IMG/VR virus record: IMGVR_UViG_3300009774_000029
Length of the DNA stretch: 20,825 nt
From: a virus
Strand: one strand, 5' to 3'
This document shows, in pieces, positions 8,456 to 16,644 of this stretch; position 1 is the stretch's first letter, and every line of letters begins with the position of its first letter. The notes under the pieces are model-generated. The model was not told the origin of the DNA. It saw only the letters and a list, made by a program, of their open reading frames with translations, and did not search any database. Made by a program: the position numbers and the translations under genes.

Positions 8456-8527
8456 TCATCTCCTTAACAAATACATAATGCTTGTAATTATTGTTGCTGC
8501 AATAATTGAATAAACAAATAATTTCAT
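8456..8527 (-). CDS. 23-aa hydrophobic micro-ORF MKLFVYSIIAATIITSIMYLLRR
   Basis: Hydrophobic TM-like peptide; its 3' end forms the RBS of the HNH gene; weak RBS of its own. Confidence 0.3.
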   Translation of the reverse strand: MKLFVYSIIAATIITSIMYLLRR

Positions 8528-8598
8528 ATTTTCTTTACTTGTGAATTTTTTCACACTAATTCCCCCTTATATATATGAAGTTAGTATTTGTTAGTCAA

Positions 8599-8992
8599 TT
8601 ATGTCTCCCTAAATACTACATCAGGATACTTTTCTTTGAATATTTTTCTTTTATTTATGTAAACTTGTGTTTTAAATCCGCTTTACATCTTCAACTATAG
8701 TTTGTCCATCTTCTGTATAAACATAATCAGCTATATAGTACAATGCTCTCTCTGTGATACTTCCTGGTATTAGTATAAACTTAACTTGTCTGCATAGATT
8801 TGATATCTTTCCTGCCCTTAATAGTATCTTTAACTCACAATAACGGTTAGCTTCTTTGGTACTATCGAACTTTATTCCATCAATTTCAGTCTTTATATTA
8901 CTATATTTACCTGGCTTTTGTTTCACCAGGTACAATTGATACTCTGCAGCTGTCATTCTATCGTTCATATTAGTAATCCAAATCTTCATCAT
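8599..8992 (-). pseudogene. DUF1064-like phage nuclease-fold protein with a single-base +1 frame disruption at 8680
   Basis: Frame 1 ...KYSNIKTEIDGIKFDSTKEANRYCELKILLRAGKISNLCRQVKF...ADYVYTEDGQTIVEDVK; downstream frame GFKTQVYINKRKIFKEKYPDVVFRET*. Span 394 nt = 3x131+1. Confidence 0.8.
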
Positions 8993-9191
8993 CTTTTATA
9001 CGAGAAAATTCTTTTATTTTTTTACCACAATAAGGACAATATTTAATATCTACATCATCTCCAGATTCTCCCCACCATATTTCTTCTTTACATTCACTGC
9101 ATTGCCATTCATTACTTTCTGAATTATCTTGTTGAATATAATCACAATCAGATCTTTTAAACTTAATTTCAGTTATATTTTTTTCTTCCAT
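8970..9191 (-). CDS. Zinc-ribbon phage protein
   Basis: WQCSECKEEIWWGESGDDVDIKYCPYCGKKI. Confidence 0.65.
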   Translation of the reverse strand: MEEKNITEIKFKRSDCDYIQQDNSESNEWQCSECKEEIWWGESGDDVDIKYCPYCGKKIKEFSRIKDDEDLDY

Positions 9192-9502
9192 TAGTTATTC
9201 CTCCTAATATTTTTAACATCTAATATTTCTAATACATAATATATTTTACCTGGTACTGCTCCCCATTCTTCTCGACCGTTTCCTAGACATATTCTACATG
9301 TACATTTTATTTGTGGACTAGATTTAGAATAGCCATTTCTAAATATTATATCTATATAAAGTTTGCCTTTAAATCTACTATCATAATAAGGCTTTACATC
9401 CCTATATTCCTCTTTTTTAATACCAGCTTTAATCATATCAAACCATTTCTTTTTTATTGGTAATATCATGATACTGCTCCCTTCAATATTTTCTTTTCCC
9501 AT
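9191..9502 (-). CDS. ASCH domain-containing protein
   Basis: MILPIKKKWFDMIKAGIKKEEYRDVKPYY...CTCRICLGNGREEWGAVPGKIYYVLEI. Confidence 0.75.
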   Translation of the reverse strand: MGKENIEGSSIMILPIKKKWFDMIKAGIKKEEYRDVKPYYDSRFKGKLYIDIIFRNGYSKSSPQIKCTCRICLGNGREEWGAVPGKIYYVLEILDVKNIRRNN

Positions 9503-10875
9503 AAGTGTATAAATTTCATTTCTTTACTTTGCGGTACTTCGTTATGCTTTATCCTGGCTTGTACAACTTTATTATTTCTTACTTCGATTGTAACTAAAGA
9601 TATATTTACATCTGATATATTTCTCATAACATAGATGTCGCATTCTTTATCTGCATAATCTTCAGCATATGTTCTAACACAGTTATTTTGTTGTTTACTT
9701 TCATCTATCAGCATAGCAATACTCTTTACTGGCTCTATTAGATACTCTTTATTTTTAAATATAAATTGTTTCAACTTTGAATATCTCTTTTTAATCTTCT
9801 TGTCTAGTGGCTTTTGATTGTTTATTTCTATTTGCTCTGCTAATCTATCGTGTTCTTCCTTTAAGTTTTTAGGAAACAAATACTTTTTATCTTTTAAATC
9901 ATATCCAAGCTTTTCAGCAAAGCTTAAATAATCTACATATATGTTTACTTGCTGCATAGTCAATTTATAGTTTAATAGTTCTTTTACATTCATATATTTA
10001 CTGATTGCTGTTAAGTGTTCTAAGCTATATATACTCAATGCCCTTATAGTATTCATATTCTTTGTTTTAATTAGTTTTAATATTTCAAGTTCACTTAAAT
10101 CTAAATTGTTTCTCTTCATGAATGGATAGTATTCCTTGCTTATATCAAATCTCTTTTCAAAAGTACCTGGTACATTAAATGTTTTAGGACACTCTGCTAA
10201 TTTGTATAATCCCATTTTTATTAGAATCTCAAAACTATTATATTTCATTCCTGTACTTAACATATATTGCATAGAAATATCATCAGATTTTTCTGCTAAC
10301 TTCCAAATTTGAGAGTATTTATATTGTGTATTTTCAAATAATTTCTTTAAGTTATGTGGATATAATTTACCTTCTTTATTAATTCCGTAATAAGCATCAT
10401 ATTTTCTCCATTTTCCTATTGCTTTAGAATGTGCTATGTATAATGATCCGTTATTTGAATATGCTCTCTCATTTACTATAGTAATAAACCCTATTATATC
10501 TCTAGCATATTCAACTAAAGAATGTGTCATTTTCTTATCTCTATATTGTGATTGTAATTGAAATAATCTGAGAACATACTCTTCATTTATCCTATCTAAA
10601 ACAATTACTATCTTGTTAAATTCATACCACATTAAATCAAATCGTTTTATTAATAAACTATTCTTACAGCTAGGACATTTCTCATATTCGTTTATTTTCT
10701 TATTTGTTTTAAATTCATGGCCACATTTTGTACAGCTGCAATTATCTTTATTTTTAATTATTAGATTGTTTTTTGTTTCTTCCTGCAGTATAAACTTTTT
10801 CCATTGCTTTGGCTCTTTAAATTCTTTATCCATCTTATTTATCAATGCTTTCATTTTTATGTTTAAATATGCCAT
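9466..10875 (-). CDS. PcfJ-like protein
   Basis: Zinc ribbon CSCTKCGHEF...CPSCKNSLLIKRFD and C-terminal VRTYAEDYADKECDIYVMRNISDVNISLVTIEV..KVVQARIKHNEVP; adjacent to a PcfK-like gene. Confidence 0.8.
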   Translation of the reverse strand: MAYLNIKMKALINKMDKEFKEPKQWKKFILQEETKNNLIIKNKDNCSCTKCGHEFKTNKKINEYEKCPSCKNSLLIKRFDLMWYEFNKIVIVLDRINEEYVLRLFQLQSQYRDKKMTHSLVEYARDIIGFITIVNERAYSNNGSLYIAHSKAIGKWRKYDAYYGINKEGKLYPHNLKKLFENTQYKYSQIWKLAEKSDDISMQYMLSTGMKYNSFEILIKMGLYKLAECPKTFNVPGTFEKRFDISKEYYPFMKRNNLDLSELEILKLIKTKNMNTIRALSIYSLEHLTAISKYMNVKELLNYKLTMQQVNIYVDYLSFAEKLGYDLKDKKYLFPKNLKEEHDRLAEQIEINNQKPLDKKIKKRYSKLKQFIFKNKEYLIEPVKSIAMLIDESKQQNNCVRTYAEDYADKECDIYVMRNISDVNISLVTIEVRNNKVVQARIKHNEVPQSKEMKFIHLWEKKILKGAVS

Positions 10876-10884
10876 AATGTCACC

Positions 10885-11253
10885 TTAAAACAATGATAAC
10901 TGTTCGTTTTTATTTTCTATCTTCTTAGTTATAACAATTTTATCTTTTACTTCAATAACTTTTTCAACTTCTATTTCTTTAGGTTTTAACTTTATACCTA
11001 ATTTTTCATTTGATTCATCAAAGTAATGTATTGCCCAACCATAAACAACTTCATCTTCTATCATAGCAACACCATCTTTGGCTTGCTTTTGTGCCTCTCC
11101 ACGAATGAACTCAATCATTCCTTTTAGATCCTTTTCTATATTAAGATATTTTACATTCATATCTATTCTTGTTAATAAGTATTCTACAACTTTATTTAAT
11201 GCTTTATCTTGCTGATTAGCAATTAGATCTTTTAATCTCTCTATTCCTTCCAT
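10885..11253 (-). CDS. PcfK-like / AcrIIA9-family-like protein
   Basis: LNKVVEYLLTRIDMNVKYLNIEKDLKGMIEFIRGEAQKQAKDGVAMIEDEVVYGWAIHYFDE...EQLSLF. Confidence 0.75.
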   Translation of the reverse strand: MEGIERLKDLIANQQDKALNKVVEYLLTRIDMNVKYLNIEKDLKGMIEFIRGEAQKQAKDGVAMIEDEVVYGWAIHYFDESNEKLGIKLKPKEIEVEKVIEVKDKIVITKKIENKNEQLSLF

Positions 11254-11255
11254 AA

Positions 11256-11789
11256 TTATATATCCCCCTTAAACTTATTCATTTTTTCTCTAATTTTATC
11301 TGCTCTTAATTTTGCTATTTTTTTATCTTCATCACTACATACATAGTTATATATGGAGTTATTATCATTATTATCATTCTTGTTTGTTTCTTTCGGTGTC
11401 TTTTCGGTGTCTTTTTCGTTTTCTTTTTCCTGTTCTTTTGGTGTCTTTTCTTCAAACTCTCCACCTTGATAAAATCCCCAATTTTCAACACTTATAACGG
11501 TTTTTTTAGTGTCTTTTTTTACGAGTATCATGTGTTCTTTATTTAAGGTGTTCAAAAAGTTATCCACTTTTGTGATACTCCATTTCCACTTTTCAGATAG
11601 CCCTCTCAAACTCGTTATGAATGATCCAGCTTTAACTAATATTTTTTCATTACTAAAGAATACAAAGTTGTCTGCATGATTGACTGATAATAATAAATCT
11701 ATCCAAGCACTTCTCTTATCAAAAGGCTCTTTCAAATTCCAAATAACAGAATTTCTTAATTTTCTATATAGCTTAATCCATCCCTCCAC
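11256..11789 (-). CDS. Phage replisome organizer / DnaD-type replication protein (N-terminal domain)
   Basis: MEGWIKLYRKLRNSVIWNLKEPFDKRSAWIDLLLSVNHADNFVFF...LRGLSEKWKWSITKVDNFLNTL. Confidence 0.8.
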   Translation of the reverse strand: MEGWIKLYRKLRNSVIWNLKEPFDKRSAWIDLLLSVNHADNFVFFSNEKILVKAGSFITSLRGLSEKWKWSITKVDNFLNTLNKEHMILVKKDTKKTVISVENWGFYQGGEFEEKTPKEQEKENEKDTEKTPKETNKNDNNDNNSIYNYVCSDEDKKIAKLRADKIREKMNKFKGDI

Positions 11790-11805
11790 AAATTACACCT
11801 CTTAT

Positions 11806-12546
11806 CTAAAAATCATATAAATCTAAATTTATGGCCATGTTTTTATCTGCCACTATAACTTCTTTTTTTGTTAATCTTTCAATTTCTAATTTCATTCTCT
11901 TATAATCGCTATTTCTATCCGAAAGATGAATTATAACTATTTTTCTAACCTTAGTTAGATCATTACTCTTTAAAAATTCTAATACATTATCTAGACTAAA
12001 ATGACTTTGTAAAGTCCTTTTATATAGTCCTTGATGTAAAGTCTTGTTTTCAAGGTTTTCTTTGACAATATCGGCAATATAGTTACATTCTAATAGTAAA
12101 TAATTTAAATTATTGAATTTATATTTTAAATAGTATGTATCTGTTGCATATAAAACTTTCTCACCTGTAGGTTTATATTGTATTAAAAATCCTAATGGCT
12201 CTGCACAATCATGTTCTGTTTCAAATGGTAATATTGTAAAATCTCCTATATCAAATTGTTTCAAGCTGCTAACATGTTTTATTCGATGTGATTCTATCTT
12301 TAAAGCTTCAGCAGTTCCTTTACTCGTATATATATTTATACTGCTTTTAATAAGGTCTTTAACTGCTTTGCAATGGTCTTGGTGTTCGTGGGTAACTAAT
12401 GTACCCACCACACCTTTAAAATTGAAATTTAGACCTTTTTGAACTTCCTTATATGGTAATCCTGCATCGATTATAAGTTTGTCTGTTTCTGTTTCTAATA
12501 TATAGCAGTTTCCTGCACTACTAGACCCTAATACTTGTAGCTTCAT
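11806..12546 (-). CDS. MBL-fold metallo-hydrolase (WalJ/YycJ-like)
   Basis: MKLQVLGSSSAGNCYILETETDKLIIDAG...TLVTHEHQDHCKAVKDL; RBS GAAGGGAATTTTAAT places the start at 12546 rather than 12576. Confidence 0.85.
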   Translation of the reverse strand: MKLQVLGSSSAGNCYILETETDKLIIDAGLPYKEVQKGLNFNFKGVVGTLVTHEHQDHCKAVKDLIKSSINIYTSKGTAEALKIESHRIKHVSSLKQFDIGDFTILPFETEHDCAEPLGFLIQYKPTGEKVLYATDTYYLKYKFNNLNYLLLECNYIADIVKENLENKTLHQGLYKRTLQSHFSLDNVLEFLKSNDLTKVRKIVIIHLSDRNSDYKRMKLEIERLTKKEVIVADKNMAINLDLYDF

Positions 12547-12547
12547 A

Positions 12548-13582
12548 TTAAAATTCCCTTCTTGGTAATGCTCCATTTTGTTTTACAGACTCTTCGTTAG
12601 TAATTTTTTTTGTATCTATTTCCTCATTTTGAGGTTGTTCTTGTTCATACGGTATATATTGTGCATTAGTATCATCCTCTATATCTATCGATAATTTATT
12701 AGCATTATTGTCAATTTCGTTTATCACTTGTGCTTCTGCGTAATCGGTATCATTAGATACAACGTATGCATAACTTCCATTTATTTTTTTCGGATCAGGT
12801 GAAATTTTATTATATACAGCTCTTGCGACTGTTTTTAGATACATTTGATCTTTCCATCCTTCTATAGTTTCTTTACCAATTTTCTTTTTATTTTCCCATT
12901 TATCTTTTTCTCCACCCCAAAACTCTGGAGCTGCATATATTGGTTTTCTCTTTAAAATCTCAGTTTCAGACATAAGTATAAGTCTATTGTTATTTTCTTC
13001 TACATACTCTATATAACCGAATCCACCTATACATTTTCCACGACTAAATGGATTTTTGATTGTTAATTTATAAGTATCATATTTGTTTGTTACAGATTTT
13101 TTTATAACTTCAAATTCATCATTTTCATGTACTAATTCTATTGTTATATTTTTAGGTACTACAAGAGCATGTTCCATAGCAATATATTCTAATCCTTTAT
13201 ATCCTTTTATCCAAGCTATGTTATATTTAGTGCCTTTTTTATTTTTATAAGGTATAGGATTTAAGTGATTGTCAAGCATCACATCTAGGCCCATTTTAGC
13301 ATGATGTACTGCTCCAAGTGATATATCGTTTAAATCTACATTGTCCCATGCATATGCTAGTTCATTCTTTTTATCTAAATAATTGTTTTTAACTACCCTA
13401 TCCTCTTCAGCTTTAATTAAAGCTCTGTCGATTCCTATAAAATAACCATTTATTAATTCTCTTTGGTAATTATTTAATTCTATTTGGCCAACATTACCTT
13501 TAAATTCCGCTAGTACTTTTTTTGTAAATCTCTCGCTATTTGTTAATTTTACCTCTTCGGTTTTTACTAATTCATTACTCAT
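12548..13582 (-). CDS. recT: RecT family single-strand annealing protein
   Basis: AYAWDNVDLNDISLGAVHHAKMGLDVMLDNHLNPIPYKNKKGTKYNIAWIKGYKGLEYIAMEHAL; EFWGGEKDKWENKKKIGKETIEGWKDQMYLKTVARAVYNKI. Confidence 0.88.
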   Translation of the reverse strand: MSNELVKTEEVKLTNSERFTKKVLAEFKGNVGQIELNNYQRELINGYFIGIDRALIKAEEDRVVKNNYLDKKNELAYAWDNVDLNDISLGAVHHAKMGLDVMLDNHLNPIPYKNKKGTKYNIAWIKGYKGLEYIAMEHALVVPKNITIELVHENDEFEVIKKSVTNKYDTYKLTIKNPFSRGKCIGGFGYIEYVEENNNRLILMSETEILKRKPIYAAPEFWGGEKDKWENKKKIGKETIEGWKDQMYLKTVARAVYNKISPDPKKINGSYAYVVSNDTDYAEAQVINEIDNNANKLSIDIEDDTNAQYIPYEQEQPQNEEIDTKKITNEESVKQNGALPRREF

Positions 13583-13584
13583 AA

Positions 13585-13820
13585 TTATTTATCTCCTTTC
13601 AAACTGCATCCGCAATTTTTACAAAACTTATCTTCGTTATCTATTCTAATTTCGCATTTATCACACGTTACTAAATGAAATTTTTTCAAAACAATTGATT
13701 TTCCATCTATAAATATTTCTAATGGATCCTTTATATTAATATCTAAATTTTTGTTAATTCTATAGGTAGAACTATTCTACCTAACTCATCTACTTTTCTT
13801 ACTATTCCTGTTGATTTCAT
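13585..13820 (-). pseudogene. AbrB/SpoVT-like DNA-binding protein with C-terminal zinc ribbon, frame-disrupted in a poly-A tract
   Basis: MKSTGIVRKVDELGRIVLPIELTKI* (13743..13820), then in another frame LDINIKDPLEIFIDGKSIVLKKFHLVTCDKCEIRIDNEDKFCKNCGCSLKGDK*. Span 236 nt = 3x79-1; RBS GAGGGGGAAAATTAATT. Confidence 0.85.
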
Positions 13821-13822
13821 AA

Positions 13823-14041
13823 TTAATTTTCCCCCTCGTTTTTAATTTCATTTATCAAATCTTCATGTAATCTTACAGTCATAATGTCATTTTCTGGATT
13901 ATATATTAAGTTTAAAACTGTATTACATTTTGGACATTCTGCTCTTCCTAAATCAAAGAATCCCATATCATGGAATATTGATTTTTGAGCTAAAAACTCA
14001 TGTTCACAATTGCAACATTTACACTCATATGTTTTAGGCAT
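13823..14041 (-). CDS. Small zinc-ribbon protein
   Basis: YECKCCNCEHEFLAQKS...AECPKCNTVLNL. Confidence 0.65.
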   Translation of the reverse strand: MPKTYECKCCNCEHEFLAQKSIFHDMGFFDLGRAECPKCNTVLNLIYNPENDIMTVRLHEDLINEIKNEGEN

Positions 14042-14042
14042 A

Positions 14043-15995
14043 TTATATTACCTCGACTTTCAATTGTTTATCTCTGCTAACTAATAATCTTATTATTTGT
14101 GTATCTAAATTGTATAAATCATTTATACTCTCTGCATTATCTACAAAAATTGGTGCTTTAACTCCGAAATGTTCTATTAATGTAGCTATAATATCCATAC
14201 CTGCATTTATCTTACCTGCATTGTTTACATCTGAATAAGGTACTCCATTTACAAGTGTTTCACAGCATTCATTAAGTCCACCATTAATTTGTGTATCAAA
14301 TAATTTAAATCTAACTACTTTAAATTTACTATTTATAAACTCCTCTAACATATTTACTTTTGTTTTTATAAACTCTTCAATTAAGTATCTATGCCCCTCT
14401 AGCTCTGCTATTTTTTCAGCGAGATTTCTTTCTTCAAGTTCAAGTTGTTCAATTCTAGCATTAGTTTTAATCTCTACCTCTTGATTAGCTAATTGTTTAT
14501 TTAACTCATTTATCTTGTTCTGTATTTCTATTTTCTCTTGTTTTAATGCTGTAGTTATATCTTCAACTGGTTTGTTAAGTTCTAACTCTAATTGAGCTAT
14601 TTCTGCTTTAATTTGAGTGTACTCTTTAGAACTTGTATAATCTATTTCAGTTTTGTTATCATTTATAGTTTTAATTTCTAATTCAATAGCTGCTATGTTG
14701 TTTATAACTGCAGTTAATAATTCTTTGCTTTGATCTAATTCAGTCTTATACTCATTAGCTCTTAATTCATGTGCTTTCGCATCTCCAGTTATAAATTTCC
14801 CTTCTACATTTATTTTTTCTATAGTTTCAAGTTTATTTTTATTAAAACTGTTTCTCATATCTTCAATTTTAGTTTTAATATCATCACCAGGAAGAGATTG
14901 TCCACATGTAGTACAATTAAAATTATTATCATCAGGTTCGATAAATTTATCTGCAGTAGTTGCATCATATTTTTTATAAAGCTCGTTTTTCTTTTTATTA
15001 CATTCTTCTATGTACTTATCAACACTTTCAATAGTCTGTTTTAATGTGTCAATTCTAAATTCAATATTCTTTTTTTCTGATATAAGATTATTTAATTTAT
15101 TTTCAGTATCAATACCTTCTCTTGAAGCATTGAACTGTATTTCTCTTTCTATAGTAGCAAGTTTGTTTTTTAATTGACTTATTTCAATAAGTTTATTGTT
15201 ATATTTTTGATTTACTGCTACAGCACTATTTAATTGCTCATCTATAGCATTGAGTTTCATATTTTCAAATTCTTTTTCTTTTTCAATTGATTCATAGTCT
15301 ATTTTTTCTAATGTTTCTTTATTGTGATTTAATTCATCGATTCTAGTAGGAATTTTCTCTATATCTTCATTAAGTCTTTTTATTTTTTCTTTTATTATTT
15401 TTCCATAGTCTTCAGTAGATTTACCATTTAGTATTTCTCTTAAACTAATTAATTTTATATCTGAATCTATAACTTGTTCATCAGACATATCACCAGTTAT
15501 ACTTAATAGCATAGTTCTTCTATCTTGCCATTTAAGCATTGTATTAAAGTAAACTGGATTAGTTAGTAATTTGAATATATTCTCATCTATTAAGTTATTT
15601 ATCTTATCCTGGTACTCTGATTTCTTAACAGGTACTTCATCTATATAACAACTTGTTTCGTGGCCTGAAAATTCTTGTTCTGCAGATCCTCTTTTTTTAG
15701 TCCATTTTTCTTCCATAACTTTTCTTATAGTAATCTCTTTACCATTTACTTCTATAGTTGCTTCAACTTCATGCTCCAGCATATGTATTTGAGATCCTAA
15801 TTTATCTATAGTTTTTAAATTAAAATCTTTTCTATTTGTACTATCTTTATCAAAAAGTAACCATAAAAAGCTATCATATACAGTTGTCTTACCTGTTGCG
15901 TTTTCACCAGAAATATTTGTATTTCTACCGTTAAAATCTATTTGTAGGTTTTTTATTCCTTTGAAATTCTTTATTGTTATTTTATTTAATATCAT
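14043..15995 (-). CDS. Rad50/SMC-like AAA ATPase with CxxC zinc hook
   Basis: MILNKITIKNFKGIKNLQIDFNGRNTNISGENATGKTTVYDSFLWLLF; hook NCTTCG; C-terminal NGVPYSDVNNAGKINAGMDIIATLIEHFGVKAPIFVDNAE. Start set by RBS GGGGGAAAATTAAA-ATG. Confidence 0.85.
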   Translation of the reverse strand: MILNKITIKNFKGIKNLQIDFNGRNTNISGENATGKTTVYDSFLWLLFDKDSTNRKDFNLKTIDKLGSQIHMLEHEVEATIEVNGKEITIRKVMEEKWTKKRGSAEQEFSGHETSCYIDEVPVKKSEYQDKINNLIDENIFKLLTNPVYFNTMLKWQDRRTMLLSITGDMSDEQVIDSDIKLISLREILNGKSTEDYGKIIKEKIKRLNEDIEKIPTRIDELNHNKETLEKIDYESIEKEKEFENMKLNAIDEQLNSAVAVNQKYNNKLIEISQLKNKLATIEREIQFNASREGIDTENKLNNLISEKKNIEFRIDTLKQTIESVDKYIEECNKKKNELYKKYDATTADKFIEPDDNNFNCTTCGQSLPGDDIKTKIEDMRNSFNKNKLETIEKINVEGKFITGDAKAHELRANEYKTELDQSKELLTAVINNIAAIELEIKTINDNKTEIDYTSSKEYTQIKAEIAQLELELNKPVEDITTALKQEKIEIQNKINELNKQLANQEVEIKTNARIEQLELEERNLAEKIAELEGHRYLIEEFIKTKVNMLEEFINSKFKVVRFKLFDTQINGGLNECCETLVNGVPYSDVNNAGKINAGMDIIATLIEHFGVKAPIFVDNAESINDLYNLDTQIIRLLVSRDKQLKVEVI

Positions 15996-16045
15996 TTTAA
16001 TTTTCCCCCTCATTCTCTTTTGATTTTGCTAAAACATACCTATTC

Positions 16046-16074
16046 TTGACTTATGTTAACTTTTATGTTATAAT
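16046..16074 (+). promoter_or_regulatory. Consensus sigma-A-type promoter on the plus strand
   Basis: TTGACT (16046-16051) - 17 nt - TATAAT (16069-16074). Confidence 0.6.
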
Positions 16075-16100
16075 AAAAATATAATGATTTTGTAAATTCA

Positions 16101-16346
16101 TTAATTAGAAGCATTTTTAATTTGAACGTTAGATGCTTCTATATTTATATCTTTTTGTATTATAATTTGTCTATCATACACGTTTTGTACTAATTTAACT
16201 AGATCTAATTTCACATCTTGTTTATTTGTACATTTGTGTAGAATATCATAAGCTATTGAATGAATTTCACTTAATTCTTGTATAAATCCTTTTTGTATTT
16301 CGATAACATCACATTGTGTATAAACTTTTATTTTTCCTTGTGGCAT
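16101..16346 (-). CDS. Phage hypothetical protein (start MPQGKIKV)
   Basis: RBS AGAAGGTGAAAAAT-ATG; track start is upstream. Confidence 0.55.
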   Translation of the reverse strand: MPQGKIKVYTQCDVIEIQKGFIQELSEIHSIAYDILHKCTNKQDVKLDLVKLVQNVYDRQIIIQKDINIEASNVQIKNASN

Positions 16347-16362
16347 ATTTTTCACCTTCTTT

Positions 16363-16443
16363 CTAATCAAAAATTTTCAATAATACTCCAAATCCTAATG
16401 CTGCTATTGGTGATCCTATTATTGCGAATACTAATTCAAACAT
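16363..16443 (-). CDS. 26-aa hydrophobic micro-ORF MFELVFAIIGSPIAALGFGVLLKIFD
   Basis: AAAAAGGGTTGATAAAA-ATG; TM-like peptide; not in the track. Confidence 0.4.
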   Translation of the reverse strand: MFELVFAIIGSPIAALGFGVLLKIFD

Positions 16444-16642
16444 TTTTATCAACCCTTTTTCTGCGTTCTTTAAAATCAACTTCTTTCAATATTTTATATA
16501 TGTTAATTTCTAGTTTTTGATTTATAATTATTTTTAAATTTTTAACTACTTCGTTTGCTTTTTGTTTTGTCATCGCCTTACCTTCATTATATAAATGATT
16601 TCCTAATCCTGTTTTATAAATTACTATATAGTCTCCTTGCAT
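16436..16642 (-). CDS. Phage hypothetical protein (68 aa)
   Basis: RBS AAGTAGAGGTGAAAT-area upstream of ATG. Confidence 0.5.
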   Translation of the reverse strand: MQGDYIVIYKTGLGNHLYNEGKAMTKQKANEVVKNLKIIINQKLEINIYKILKEVDFKERRKRVDKNV

Positions 16643-16644
16643 TT

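Noticed and set aside
10383-10394. Additional CCGTAATA core
   Set aside because: Inside the PcfJ-like gene (YYG codons), no palindrome around it.
10613-10888. Plus-strand 91-aa ORF
   Set aside because: Antisense to the PcfJ-like gene N-terminus.
11256-11789. Replisome organizer thought to be truncated because it lacks a following DnaC or a long C-terminal domain
   Set aside because: The ORF ends cleanly with a stop right before the PcfK RBS region and I found no continuation in other frames; short forms of this protein exist.
14769-15044. Plus-strand 91-aa ORF
   Set aside because: Antisense of the coiled-coil/hook region of the Rad50-like gene; Phe/Ile/Ser-rich artefact.
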